The notes under the pieces were generated by a model, which saw only the letters and a list, made by a program, of their open reading frames with translations, was not told the origin of the DNA and ran no database searches. The position numbers were made by a program, and so were the translations under genes. From Octopus bimaculoides (Eukaryota), in contig NC_068994.1 in assembly GCF_001194135.2 (NCBI RefSeq), positions 47,011,079 through 47,073,020 on the forward strand: DNA of 61,942 bases. The letters run 5' to 3'. Positions 12,770 to 27,400 of the stretch are shown piece by piece; the stretch's first letter is position 1; every line of letters starts with the position of its first letter.

Positions 12770-13100
12770 TAATAATAGAAATAATGTAGAAGCAGAATGG
12801 GAATAGAAGTCGATTATAATAGAAATAAATAAAAGAATACAAGCTGGACAGAATAGAAATGAAATAGAAGACAAATAGAATAGGATACAAGTAGAGCAGA
12901 ATAGAAAATAAAGTAGATCAGAATGAAAATAGAAATAAGAACAAGTAGAGCTGAATAGAATAGAAACAGAATAAATTAGAATAGAAATAAAATGGAAATA
13001 GAATAGAATACAAGTAGAAACGGAATGGAACTGGAATATTGTAGGAAAGGAAATGGAATGGAAATAGAATAATGATAGAATGGAATACAAATAGAACTGT
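12770..13100. repeat. Degenerate (AATAG)n/(AATGG)n satellite-like tract
   Basis: Purine-rich pentamer repeats. Confidence 0.75.
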
Positions 13101-14785
13101 TCAACATGCATGTATAGATGTATGTTAAGCTGTTACTCCAGTCTACTCGGCTGTAAATGAGTACCAACTATATAGAATAAAAATATCTATCACTACTGCA
13201 ATGGCCTCTGAAAACTTAGCCAGTTGCATACCACCTGCACCCAAGGCTACTTGGTACGTTCATCTATCTTCTTTGCTGCCCCTCAAGGCCCTTACTGTAT
13301 CATACTTGAAATTTAGTACTCATCACATTTCCCAATCCAGTCCTACATCCCCCAAATGCCCATCTCCCTGGAATTCCCTCTTCACTCGAAATGTTTTTGT
13401 TTTTTTTTTCCGTCATAGGAGTCTACTTTAGATACTTTCAAATCTTAATTTCAGGCATAACGATCTCATCCATTTCAGAGTGCCTGTGAAGCTCATGGGC
13501 ATAACCCCATCCCTCGTACCCCTCACCTTCTCTTGGCTGAACCATAACAAAAAANNNNNNNNNNNNNNNNNNNNNNNNNNNNNNNNNNNNNNNNNNNNNN
13601 NNNNNNNNNNNNNNNNNNNNNNNNNNNNNNNNNNNNNNNNNNNNNNNNNNNNNNNNNNNNNNNNNNNNNNNNNNNNNNNNNNNNNNNNNNNNNNNNNNNN
13701 NNNNNNNNNNNNNNNNNNNNNNNNNNNNNNNNNNNNNNNNNNNNNNNNNNNNNNNNNNNNNNNNNNNNNNNNNNNNNNNNNNNNNNNNNNNNNNNNNNNN
13801 NNNNNNNNNNNNNNNNNNNNNNNNNNNNNNNNNNNNNNNNNNNNNNNNNNNNNNNNNNNNNNNNNNNNNNNNNNNNNNNNNNNNNNNNNNNNNNNNNNNN
13901 NNNNNNNNNNNNNNNNNNNNNNNNNNNNNNNNNNNNNNNNNNNNNNNNNNNNNNNNNNNNNNNNNNNNNNNNNNNNNNNNNNNNNNNNNNNNNNNNNNNN
14001 NNNNNNNNNNNNNNNNNNNNNNNNNNNNNNNNNNNNNNNNNNNNNNNNNNNNNNNNNNNNNNNNNNNNNNNNNNNNNNNNNNNNNNNNNNNNNNNNNNNN
14101 NNNAGGTTGGGAGGAGCAGAAAAAATGCCAATCAAATCAGACACACTAGTCATATACTATGATGGACGTTCAATTTTAATTTTTATTGATTAGAAAATTA
14201 GCTTGAATTGAATTGTGAAATTGCATTTATTTTTGCTTTGTTTTGTTTTATTGTTTTTTTGTTGTTTTTTTATTTTTTAAGAGAGTGGTAAATTGGCATC
14301 TCTCATAGAATTTCATCCATAATTTGTATGTTTTGGGTAGTAAGACAGACAAACAAACCAAAAAAAAAAAGAAAAAAAAAAGGAAATGGAAAAAAATTTA
14401 ATCATGTAGTTTCGGGTGTCTACTGAAATCGGTCCATTGTTCTGGCTCTGGAATCAATAATTTAAAGTGCTGGTTTCTTTTGCGATTTTCCCAAATGTTA
14501 AAAGGTTATTCTGAACAAAACCCATATTTTGATGTCAATCGAAGCAGGTATTCTGTGTCCAGAAACTAATTTGTTTTGTGAACGATATTGATTAAATGTG
14601 TGTTGTGTGTGTATGTGGAGGAGAATAATTGATTTAGTACAGAGACAGAATGGCTGGGTAGTAGATAGGAGTATTGCACTATCTGCTCAAGAGTTAAGAT
14701 CAAACCTGCTTGCTGACAAATTCATTCTGATTCTGGACAAGTTCTTTTAATCTCTGTATTTTCACTACCCTAGTTCACCTGTTAG

Positions 14786-14787
<2 letters not shown>

Positions 14788-14820
<33 letters not shown>

Positions 14821-15260
14821 TTAGCATCCATTTTCCATGCTGGCATCACTTGGACAGTTTGTCAGTATCTGGCTGGCAGCCAGGGTTGTGTCGAGCTCCA
14901 ATGTCCGCTTTGGTCTAAGCTTCTATGACTAGTGCCCTTCCTAATGCCAACCACTTTACAATGTGGACTAGGTGGTCCCTTTTTCTTTCCTTTTTTTTTT
15001 TGTGTCAGTAGTATTACCGATGTTGCCAAGTAACACACAACCATCCCTTTGACAAGGGGCAGGGGGCGAGGAAGGGAGGTTGATGGTTTTTAAGCTTGGT
15101 GTTGAGGGGTTGAAGTATGATCGAGAGACAGACAGGGAGACAAGCACAGGTCTCTTGCTACAGAGAAGATACATGGCTATCCAGCATTATATAAAGATGG
15201 ATGAGAGTAGCTGAGAAGAAGATAAAGACAGTAGTGATGGAGTACTGGAGCAAACACTCA
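14788..15260 (-). mobile_element. Family C retroposon fragment ((GAT)n tail)
   Basis: (CAT)n-ttagcatccattttccatgctggca motif shared with many copies, e.g. 9720, 18150, 21890, 24890, 32240, 43250, 57030, 57650. Confidence 0.65.
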
Positions 15261-15574
15261 AGGTACAAGATTATCGGCATGTTAACAATACTTTGTTTCA
15301 TTGCTTTAATTTGCTATGGAGCATATCAATAGATTTTTAGCCAATAATGTTTGTTACAAGAATGTAAACATGTACATATTGTGTATAGAGATGTAATGGC
15401 TACATTCATCCTAACATAAAGTGTTGGCTAGACATCTACAGATATATTCTATTGTACATTGTAGGATAGATATTGATAGGTGACAAATCAATGTGGGGAT
15501 GTTTGACAACAACCCAGAGTCTACCATTTATCTTGGTCTTCACCATTGTTATAAGTTGGCTCTAGATTCTTGTT

Positions 15575-15805
15575 TCTAAATCGCCCACAAGGGGCTAAAC
15601 ATAGAGGGAACAAACAAGGACAGACAAAGGGATTAAGTCGATTACATTGATCCCCAGTGCATAACTGGTACTTAATTTGTCAACCCTGAAAGGATGCAAA
15701 GCAAAGTCGACCTCGGCGGAATTTGAACTCAGAACGTAACGGCAGACGAAATACCGCTGAACATTTCGCCCGGTGTGCTAACGATTCTGCCATCTCGCCA
15801 CTGCC
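15575..15805 (-). mobile_element. SINE family B with 19-bp TSD
   Basis: TTGGCTCTAGATTCTTGTT at 15556-15574 and 15806-15824. Confidence 0.92.
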
Positions 15806-17739
15806 TTGGCTCTAGATTCTTGTTCGGATTTTTTTGAGTTCCACATGATGGCCAATTCCTTCATGTTAAACTCTTCATGCATGCAAACAAGAGAATCTCC
15901 AACATATTCAGTTGACCTGCTAAAAATGACATCCAGCTCTCTCTCAAACAACACCATTAATGTCTTGAAACAAATGGAAGGATAGAGTAGATAACATATT
16001 TCTAGCTACCTCTTAAAAGGTAGGATGGCCTTAGTTGGAATATCTTTCACTTGAGGTTGAATAACATAGCAACAGTTAGTCAAGCATTGTGAGATGTATA
16101 TCCTGTTCAGGTATGCAGGATGAGTCTTAGAATTGCTTTGAAGGAACAGCTAACCCAGTGACCAATAAATTATTAGTCTTCAGAATAAAAGAGCATGTTT
16201 TGTACCCCTTTATATAAGGTTGCATCACAGTTCTTCCTTACTAATACATTTTATAGTCAATTCATTCTGTCTGCTAACATGTGTGTCCATGGCCAACACA
16301 ACTTTAGCTCTCAAATGCCTCAGTTCACTTGTTTCTGAACATGTAACTCTTAGTTACCACAGGCAAATACTCTCAGCTCAACTACCACAAGCATATATAA
16401 ACCACTTAGCTGCATATAGGTATCATGTTGAGCTACAATCAATTTAATCTGTTCCATGAGTCGATGCAGNNNNNNNNNNNNNNNNNNNNNNGGATATTTA
16501 CTTCATAACAATGGTTCACTACTTCTGTTTTCTCTCTCTAACTTTGTTATGATGGCTCACTGTATTTTCTTTTTATTACTTTTAAACTACTGATTCCAAA
16601 TGTCTAAATGTTTGAGATTAGTTAATTAAATTACAATTTTTTAGGTTATTAACATCATTTTTAGTGATTAAAATATAATGTTGATATAATTATCAAAACA
16701 TATCCGAGCTTAATAGTCCAACAAATTCTGTTTTGTGTATTATTTTAATCAAACTTCTGACAGTTCTTGCTAGTCTACCAAAATAATGGTCTTGTAATAA
16801 CTGATAATGGCAGGTGATATTCTGTTGAATTTTGACTTATATCAATACCAAAAACATTCCCCCAAGGCCCACCGTCAACAAATTCCCATACATTTGTTAA
16901 ACTAGGGACCACACGAACTAGTGGGGGAGCTGCAATGTAGTCATAATATACTCTGTGTCACAGTTAAATTTCCCTTCCTTGATCACTTGAAAAATATGTG
17001 AGCGAGGAGAATTCTTAAGCAGTCACTTAAACTGTTCAATATATCATTCAAATCTTTCCAGATAAAAACAGAAGATGAATGAAGGGTCTCACCACATGGT
17101 TACTCAACCTGCTAGATATAACAGCCAGACCTCTATCAAACCATACTCTACCTACTTTCTTATAAAAAAAAAGAGATACACATGGGATAATAATGTCCAG
17201 GCATAATTATGCCTGAAACAAAGACAGGTTGGACACAGCTTGATATGCTTGGGAATGTTGGTCTACTCAGCTAGGGCTCACCTGGGGCTACAAAACCCTA
17301 CCTGACGCTAACCCAGTGGCAACAACTCATTCAATCAGATTTCACCCAAACTACTCAACTACAACAATAACACCAACAACGACAGCAATAATGACAGTAG
17401 CAGCAACAACACCGACAACAAGAGACAGGTACACCCACTCACTGTCTGCAGTTCTGTTTAGTCTAAACCAAATGAAGGTACACAACAACAACAACCACAA
17501 GTAGCAGTAGCAGTAACAAATACACCCACACAGTGTCTGCAATTCTGTTCAATCTAAAATGACTGTAGCTGCACAAATTCAACCACCACAACAGCAACCA
17601 CAACAACATTTATACTAGCCGAGCATTTTTTACACACCCAATATTGCCATTCAAACTTATTGTAACTGTGTATCTAATAAGTAAATTGCTTATGTGTTTT
17701 AATTAACTTTCGATATAATTAATAGTTTGAAGAATTACT

Positions 17740-18136
17740 CTCTTTTACTCTTTTACTTGTTTCAGTCATTTGACTGCGGCCATGCTGGAGCACTGCCTTT
17801 AGTCGAGAAAATCGACCCCAAGACTTATTCTTTGTAAGCCTAGTTGGTCTGTTTTGCTAAACCGCTAAGTTACAGGGACGTAAACACACCAACATCAGTT
17901 GTCAAGCAATGGTTGGGGGACAAACACAGATGCTCAAATACACACACACACACACACACACACGCGTAAACAGGCTTCTTTCAGTTTCCATCTACCAAAT
18001 CCACTCGAAAGGCTTTGGTCGGCCTGAGGCTATATATAGCAGAAGACACTTGCCCAAGATGCCACACAGTGGGACTGAACCCAGAACTATGTGGTTGGGA
18101 ACCAAGCTTCTTACCATACAGCCACACCTGCACCTA
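17740..18136 (-). mobile_element. SINE family A, full length
   Basis: Reverse complement of the 5068 and 22695 copies. Confidence 0.88.
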
Positions 18137-19898
18137 TGTGTGTGTGTGTGTGTGTATCACCATTTAACATCCATGATCCATGCTGGCATGGTTTGTACTA
18201 TTTGACAGGATCTGATGTCTGCTTTGGCATGATTTCTACAACCAGGTACCTTTCCTAATGCCAACCACTTTACAGCATGTACTAGGTGATCCCCCCCCCC
18301 ATCCTATTTTTGTGTGCCACTGGCATAAGTGAAGTTGTCATGCAGCTTACATGACCATGAACTCCAAGGTGGGGATCGCTATGATAGATGAGGTGATAAC
18401 GTATGAGAGAGGGTAGAGGGAACAGAACAGGTTCTTGTGGTAGAGCAGCCACATGGCTACTCGCATTTAGAAGAGAGGGTGAAAATGATGAGCAGAAAGC
18501 TGCAAAGGGNNNNNNNNNNNNNNNNNNNNNNNNNNNNNNNNNNNNNNNNNNNNNNNNNNNNNNNNNNNNNNNNNNNNNNNNNNNNNNNNNNNNNNNNNNN
18601 NNNNNNNNNNNNNNNNNNNNNNNNNNNNNNNNNNNNNNNNNNNNNNNNNNNNNNNNNNNNNNNNNNNNNNNNNNNNNNNNNNNNNNNNNNNNNNNNNNNN
18701 NNNNNNNNNNNNNNNNNNNNNNNNNNNNNNNNNNNNNNNNNNNNNNNNNNNNNNNNNNNNNNNNNNNNNNNNNNNNNNNNNNNNNNNNNNNNNNNNNNNN
18801 NNNNNNNNNNNNNNNNNNNNNNNNNNNNNNNNNNNNNNNNNNNNNNNNNNNNNNNNNNNNNNNNNNNNNNNNNNNNNNNNNNNNNNNNNNNNNNNNNNNN
18901 NNNNNNNNNNNNNNNNNNNNNNNNNNNNNNNNNNNNNNNNNNNNNNNNNNNNNNNNNNNNNNNNNNNNNNNNNNNNNNNNNNNNNNNNNNNNNNNNNNNN
19001 NNNNNNNNNNNNNNNNNNNNNNNNNNNNNNNNNNNNNNNNNNNNNNNNNNNNNNNNNNNNNNNNNNNNNNNNNNNNNCCCCCCCAATGAATTTTTTTTTT
19101 TAAATGAAATTTTTTACAAATATGCCTCAAATGGTGTAGATTTCGATTAGATTGGAATTTGTGGTAACCATTTAACCTGATCATCAGGCAAATACAGTGA
19201 AATACATAACACAATCTTATTTTTTATTTGTTTCTGTTCTTACGCAGTTATTTTATTCAAATACTTCATTATTTTCAAAAATAATTTAAACAAAAGGCTT
19301 AAAAGGAAATAGAAAAGTACTCAGTCAATTCAATTGACTAAAACCCTTCAAGGTTCTGCCCCAGCTTAACCACAGTCCAAAGACTGAAACATATAAAAGA
19401 ATACAAGAATAAAGACCATGTGATTCTACTTTAAAATATATATAGTAAAGCTGCATCCATGTGATCAGAGATATCGATGAATCGGTTAATCATAAAAACA
19501 ATGAATTACAACCTACACTTGTGTTTTTATTGCAAAAATGACCCTCCCAAAAACGTACAATGAAATTGCTTTCACTTTAAAAAGTCTTGTAAAAACATAC
19601 AGGGAAAGTTTGTGTGTGTGAGAAAAAGAGAGAGAGAGAGAGAGAGAGTATATGTGTGTATTTGTGTGTGTGTGTGTGTGTGAGAGAGAGAAAGTCTATG
19701 TATGTTTGCAAGATAGTGTGTGTGTGTTTATGAGTATTACTTTCATATATCTCGGGTATCTTTTTCATACATTTTTCATGCATAAGAGTCTTTGTGTATG
19801 TGTTCGAGCAAATGTGTGTGTGTGTGTGTTTGGCTCTATTAGCTTCACATTCGTATACTTCAGGTTTCTTTTTTTTATACCTTGTGTGTGTTTATGCA

Positions 19899-19929
<31 letters not shown>

Positions 19930-20264
19930 TTAATGCTATTTCTATGTTTAATCACTATACATACACGTATTTTTCAATGTATGCGTGTATGTATGTATGT
20001 ATGTATGTATGTGTCTATATATGATAATTAACTTGTGTGTTTATTTGCAAATGAGATTGCGTTGAAGTGGGAGGCTGTCAAATGACAAAGAGGGGAATAA
20101 TGGATGATGTGTTTATCACATTACTCCGACACTTCACTTTACTTTCATTTTACTTGTAAAGTAAACACATACTAAGTGATACAGAAAATATTTCCAAAAG
20201 GAAAGAAAATTTAATATTTAATTTCATTTGGATAGATGCACTGTTGTGTATATGTGTGTGCGTG

Positions 20265-20269
<5 letters not shown>

Positions 20270-20297
<28 letters not shown>

Positions 20298-20488
20298 TTC
20301 TGTTTTTTATTCTTTCGTTGCAGCTTCTGTATATGTTTGTGTATCTCTCTCTTCTTCTTCCCTCCCTCCCTCACTCTCTGTCCTCCTTCCCTCTCTCTTT
20401 CCCTCTTCTACCTCATTCCCTCCTCTATCTCTCTCCCTCTCTCTTTCCCTCCTCTCTCCCTTTCCACCATTCTATCTGTCTGTCTGTC

Positions 20489-20536
<48 letters not shown>

Positions 20537-20600
20537 TCTCTATCTCTCTCTCTCTTTGTCTCTATCTCTCTCTCTCTGTCTCTCTCTCTCTCTCTCTGAT
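20270..20600. repeat. (CA)n and (CT)n microsatellite block
   Basis: Direct inspection. Confidence 0.9.
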
Positions 20601-20674
20601 AAAGATATGTATTGTATATAAATTGTTTACATTCTCACTTTTTTTTCTTTTTTTTTCTCTTTCATTGCAGCTTG

Positions 20675-20906
20675 TACATACTTATGTTGGTGAACAGCAC
20701 ATATCTACATTGGTGAACAGTACATACCTATGTTGGTGAACAGCACATTCATGTGCTGGTGAACAGCACATACCTATGCTGGTGAACAGTACCTACATGT
20801 GCTGGTAACCAGTACATACCTATGTTAATGAACAGCACACATCTATGTTGATGAACAGCTCATCCCTATATTGGTGAACAGTACATATATACGTAGTGGT
20901 GAACAG
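20675..20906 (+). repeat. 23-bp minisatellite, 10 units (consensus YACATACCTATGYTGGTGAACAG)
   Basis: Nine 23-nt units plus one 25-nt unit, starting 4 nt after a strong AG acceptor at 20670. Confidence 0.92.
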
Positions 20907-21055
20907 TTAATTAAAGTTTCACTAAATTGTTGAATTCTCAGGTGTGGTTACTGTAAAAGACAGTAAAACATCTGACCCCTGAACACCTCTGCACCCCTTA
21001 TCCCCCACTCCCTGTTTCTCAGCCTTGCCCTGTTCTGACCTTTCCCCCTTTCCAG

Positions 21056-21416
<361 letters not shown>

Positions 21417-21889
21417 TAATACAGAGAGAGAGAGAGAGAAAGAAAAAGTATGTATGAGAGAAGAAAACCAGTTTTATTTTGATTATTCAGTTTTGATGTA
21501 TTGTTCGCTGTGTGTTTGTTGCTGTTGTTGTTGTTGTTGTTCCTCCTGACCAACTATGATCAAACAGATCTACAGCCATAGGCAATCTAACTGTGACCAT
21601 CTCTTGTTTTTGTACATTTTTTGGCATTTTATTTTCAACCGCGGTGTATCGAGGATTACATTATCTTTTGTCTGCACTTTCTAGCAGGCTCAGCAACTGT
21701 GTTGATGTTCTCTTGTGGTCTCAAAGTATTGGTGGTGGTGGCGCCGGCGGTGTGTGTGTTCTCATGTGGTGGGAAGCTTAATTAAATTACAAGATTACAG
21801 GTTCATATGACCCAACTTTTCAACAGTTGATTTATATACTGTGCTATTATCATCATTATCCTAGCCACAGCTATTTGAATTTGTTTCAT

Positions 21890-22362
21890 CCTTATTACCA
21901 TCGTTTAACGTCTACTTTCCATGCTGGCATGGGTTGGACGGTTTGACTGAGGACTGGCAAGCCAGAAGGCTGCACCAGGCTCCAATCCGATCTGGTTAAG
22001 AAACTCACTTTGCAACTGCATGGTTTTAGGTTCAGTCCCATTGTGCAGCATCTTGAGCAAGTGTCTTCTACTTAGCTCTAAGCCAGCCATTGTCTTGTGA
22101 ATGAATTTGGTTGTTGCAAACTGTGTAGAAGCTTGTCGTGTGTGTACATGTCTTAGTCTGTGTTTGTATCCGCACCACCATTCAACTAGTGTTGGATTGT
22201 TTATATTCCCATGACTTTGCAGTTTGGCAAAAGGGACCAATAGAATAATTACCAAATGCAACAGAAAAAACATAAGTACTGGGGGTCGATTTGTTCGACA
22301 AAACCCTTCAAGGCAGTGCCCCAGGGTGGCTGCAGACCAATGATTGACACAAGTAAAAGAAT
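21890..22362. mobile_element. Family C tail fragment joined to a degenerate family A SINE
   Basis: catcgtttaacgtctactttccatgctggcatggg, then a family A body ending caagtaaaaga. Confidence 0.65.
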
Positions 22363-22694
22363 TAAAAAATCACAATGAGAGATCAAAGAGAAACAAGCTG
22401 GTGTGAGTGCCCTTTGTGTGACATTTCTTTCCACAGCTTGTCTCTTTTACTGAGCTGCTATTCTGGATCAAACACAGGCAGAGATGGAGTATTTGGCATT
22501 GAAAATGTTGTCATGTACTCGTGACATTTCTACCTAAGTTCAAATCTTACTGCAACTGACTTTGTCTTTCATACCTGTGATTGATGACATAAGTAAAAGT
22601 CAAGATTTTTGTTTTCTACCTCAGAATAACTTCTTGTTAACACCTTCCCTTGCCCCTTCCCTTGTGGTTTTCTTTAATAACAAAAAACTTAAAT

Positions 22695-23104
22695 AGGCGC
22701 AGGAGTGGCTGTGTGGTAAGTAACTTGCTTACCAACCACATGGTTCCGGGTTCAATCCCACTGCATGGCATCTTGGGCAAGTGTCTTCTACTATAGCCTC
22801 GGGCCAACCAAAGCCTTATGAGTGGATTTGGTAGAGGGAAACTAAAAGAAGCCCGTCGTATATATGTATATATATATATGTGTGTGTGTGTATGTTTGTG
22901 TGTCTGTATTTATCCCCCCAACATCGCTTGACAACCGATGCTGGTGTGCTTACGTCCCTGTAACTTAGCGGTTCGGCAAAAGAGACCGATAGAATAAGTA
23001 CTAGGCTTACAAAGAATAAGTCCTGGGGTCGATTAGTTCGACTAAAGGCGGTGCTCCAGCATGGCCACAGTCAAATGACTGAAACAAGTAAAAGAGTAAA
23101 AGAG
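22695..23104 (+). mobile_element. SINE family A, full length, in SMAD4 intron 1
   Basis: aggcgcaggagtggctgtgtgg ... gaaacaagtaaaagagtaaaagag. Confidence 0.9.
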
Positions 23105-23113
23105 GTACATTAA

Positions 23114-23399
23114 CCCTTTGGCTGCTAAATTAAATTTCATGATCATTCCTGTAATGATGTTAATTATCCACCAATATGTAGAATTGATGTTTTTTCTGCT
23201 TCCAGAAGTATTTTGATTCTTGTTCTCTAAGGAGATATTTGAAGAAATAATATGATAAACTTTAGAAAATGTGAAAAATTGCCCTTCATAAGAAGTGACA
23301 CTGGGAAAGTGTCTCCACTTCTTGCAGTACTAAACTGTTTTCCACAGTTAATGCTTATAAAATTTTGAGCAGACATATCTGGTTTCCACATTCAAAGGG
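23114..23399. mobile_element. piggyBac-type MITE (second family)
   Basis: TTAA|CCCTTTG ... CAAAGGG|TTAA termini. Confidence 0.75.
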
Positions 23400-23660
23400 T
23401 TAATTAATATCTATTTCCATGTTAGAACTTATATGGAAATAAGTATATTTTTCTAAAAAAAATTTACTCTCTACCTGTTTTTGCTTTAAAATGTTTTTCA
23501 CGTTGCTTTTTCCTTCTTTTTCTTCTTTTTTTTTTTTTGCCATTAGTGAGATGGTGGAAGTTAATAACTTGTTAATTATCCCCACTTCACTTTATTCCAT
23601 ACGTTGTTAATTAGTTTTCCTTTTATAATAATAATGAATAATAGCAATAATAATAATGAG

Positions 23661-23897
23661 ATTAAACCTTGGGAGAGGCATTATGCCGGTAATAAACACA
23701 CGCACTGGTTCAGTCCTTTATTAATTTATATAGTTTTTTGTTAAATTAGTTCATTGCACTCTTGCAATCTCTTCAGTAACTTGTCTCTCCACTTCCATTT
23801 ATTTTGAATGTATGATCTGGCGTTATATATAAATTAATAAAGGACTGAACCAGTGCATGTGTTTATTACCGGCATAATGCCTCTACCAAGGTTTAAT
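23661..23897. mobile_element. Fold-back MITE with 72-bp inverted arms
   Basis: Arms 23661-23732 and 23826-23897 match at 70/72 positions, with TTAA at both ends. Confidence 0.88.
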
Positions 23898-26800
23898 TGT
23901 ATTTCTTTCAATACACGTATCCATATCAAGAATCTTGCACACGAAATACACATACGAAATAATAATGTGCTTATTGTCTATAGTGCTCAGGTGCACTATA
24001 ACTCATCAGAAAAGGTTCAAAGAGTGTACAGAAAGCAGACATGTGAGTCAAGTAAATAAAGGCAGCAATGAAGGCTAGAGGTGCGTGCACAGTACACAGA
24101 ATAATAACTATTTTCTCTCTGTTAAGCTATTTAAATCCTTTCTTTTGGATAAGCCATCATTCCGCCAGGTTTTACTTCAGCCAGAGAATTTTTCATGTGA
24201 GTCTCAAGTTTGCTTAAGACTGTTTGTATTTTATTCTATTTTTTTATATTTTATTTCATTTTATTAGTTCTGCGATTTCTTCTCCCCCACCCCCACCCCA
24301 CCGTGTAATCTCTTGTTTAGGTCGGGGGCTTGGGAACCATTTCAATATGGGGAGCCACTTTCAGCTTTAAAATAAAAAATAAAAATTGGATACCTGAGGC
24401 AATTGAAACTGCATCATCTATTGTAAACAAAAATAGACAAGGAGACATGAATTCATGTAACTTCTTTCTTAGTGTTATTTTTACTTTCAAATCTTATCAG
24501 AAATCAATTCAGTGTCTGAGTTAAAAGTTGTGGCTTTTATTTTATTGCAACATTGCGGGGTTTGGTCAGATAACTTTGTACAACACGAATACAACACTGG
24601 TTTTCTGGAATCTTTGGTCCCAATATATTTCCAGATTACTGATTTTTCTGAACTAGAGTGAGGTGGGGGATCACCTTTATATTTGGGAAACTGTAAATCT
24701 TGTACTGAATTCCTTTTATGTGCTTATGATTGCTTGCTATAATTTTTCTACATGATCATCATCATTGTCATCATCATTTAACATCCATCATTTGCTTCTT
24801 TGTGGTATTCTTACAAATTTCTGGACTGTTCTCCTGCCTGTATTGATTTCCTTAATCAGGTGTTATATGTTTATTCAAACCATCACATCACCATTTTAAC
24901 ATTCACTTTTCCATGCTTGCGTGGGTCAACTGGAATTTGTTGAGGCAGATTTTCTATGGCCAGATGCCCTTCCTGTTGCCAACCTTTACCTGTTTCCACG
25001 CCAGACATGTTTTTATGGAAGGTCGGAAGCAGACAACACCGCTTGTATGGTGGTGATGCTCATTTACAAACACCACATGATGTCAAAGCAAGAACACATG
25101 CAAACACACACCCACATGTATATGCAGACGGACCTCTTTCAGTTTTGTCTACCAAGACACTTTCCCAGGGTGTTGCGCAGTGGGACTAAACCCAAAACCA
25201 CATGGTTGGGAAGCAAGATTCTTAACCTCACAACCATAGTTACACTTATATTATAATTTCTTCTATTCTTAAAGTTTTAGAGCGGTAAAGAAACAAGCCA
25301 TTTTATAGCATTCAATATCTCCCATAAATGTTGAAAAAAAAAGAGTAATAATAAAAAAAATAAAAAACTTGTCTAACAACTGAAGTGACACGTTTCCTTT
25401 TCTATAAAGGTCTTTGCTAAGCAAGTTTTAAACTGACTTGACATGTGTACCATGAAATACAATTTCTGCAGCCAATCGTTATCTTCCAATCCAGGATATA
25501 GCTATTATCATGGCTACTAAAAGTTTGTAAGAATTGTTCTATGTTCATCTGTCACACTCCTTTCACACTCTTGCAAACTTACTTACCAACCCTCTCACCC
25601 TGCTCAATCTTCTGCACCATGTCTCTTACAATCACATCCCTATGACTTGAAGGCGTACCCAGACACGTCTTCACCACCATCCTTCTTTTCCCCCCACTAG
25701 GGTAGCCATGTATCTCCTCTCCAGCAAAGCCACCTCCCTCAGTACTACCCCCACACTCATTTGAGTAGGGTCTTGAATTATGAGTTTCTTGGTTAACCTC
25801 ACTGGTGTCAGTACCACGTTAAAAGCACCCAGTACACTCTGTAAATTGGTTAGCGTTAGGAAGGGCATGCAGCTGTATAAACCATACCAGAATGAAAAAC
25901 AGACATTAAATGGTGATGAGGATGATTCTGTGCGAGTTGTAAATCTCTTCAGAGAATCACCTTTAAAAGGTTATTAATTAGCAATAAATGTAAATGAGTA
26001 TAGTAAACTTCTTCAAGTAATGCACAGAATTGTCTGTGATTTAGAACCTCTTGTCAACTATCTTGATTAAAATTTTGATCACAAGTTTCATAACTTTCAT
26101 ACATTCAGGAGGAAAACAATTTTTGATCAAATAAATTCATCTGTAAAATCACAGATTATTTCTTTAGCTTTCTCATACTCAGTGCTCCAAAAATTACCTG
26201 AACTCTTTTCTGTTCTCATCCCCAATTCTAGGATCACTCACTTGTACCCTTTACTAATTTGATACTTTTCAGAAAAGAGATTGAGTCTTTATTCATAAAT
26301 TGTTGTTCTACGTTGTTTTTCTTATTGTTGGCAAATGTTACACAACATTAAATACAATGATAAGCTGAGTCTTCAATGAAAGTACGCATCTCTAACCAAG
26401 CTTTGTTGAAGGTCTTCATTTTAATATACATTTTTCTTATCTGACATAATTAATCTATCAATTGCATTAGACCATCAACAAACTTTCTTTTATTCTCAAC
26501 TCTGGTTTGTCTTCTCTGCATCTCTCCAGTTGGACCCCTCCTTGTTCATCTCAAACATAGTATCATCCCACCAGCTGGTTCTGAGTTCAATCCCAGGCAA
26601 AGCATTAAGGCAAGGACACCAGTCTGATTAATTTAAGCAGTGTACATAATATAAATTCCTCATCTCAGAAATATAGAGTTATATGATGTTTTGTGTTACT
26701 ATGGTTTTATTGTCATCCACTTGTTGCATTTACCTTACAGGTGAATAAAAATTGAACATTCTTTTCATCCTTCTAGGAGACTTTTCATTTAGGTAATTAA

Positions 26801-27053
26801 AAAAATGTTTCTCAAAGGTAACACAGTCATTAAATAACATAAGACACATATCAGGTACGGTTATGTATGCTGGGGAAGGAGTACATTGAGATGTTCCTGG
26901 GCAACTAGGGCAACACCCGTGCATCCACCACTGTATAAAGTGTTATGTCATTCACTCATTCATATTGTAAAGTTTCATTAAACAAGACATGATTCATGAA
27001 CCCATCCACAGTTCTGCTCTTTTGTCCAATGATATCGTCTTTTGTAATCCTAG

Positions 27054-27233
<180 letters not shown>

Positions 27234-27242
27234 TAACATTGG

Positions 27243-27281
<39 letters not shown>

Positions 27282-27354
27282 NNNNNNNNNNNNNNNNNNN
27301 NNNNNNNNNNNNNNNNNNNNNNNNNNNNNNNNNNNNNNNNNNNNNNNNNNNNNN

Positions 27355-27400
<46 letters not shown>

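Noticed and set aside
13407-13553. Strong acceptor ttttttttccgtcatag followed by sequence into a gap
   Set aside because: All frames stop quickly and no donor is visible. It could be a UTR exon but cannot be supported.
20675-20906. CRISPR-like appearance of the 23-bp repeat
   Set aside because: The units are contiguous with no unique spacers, there are no cas genes, and the context is eukaryotic.
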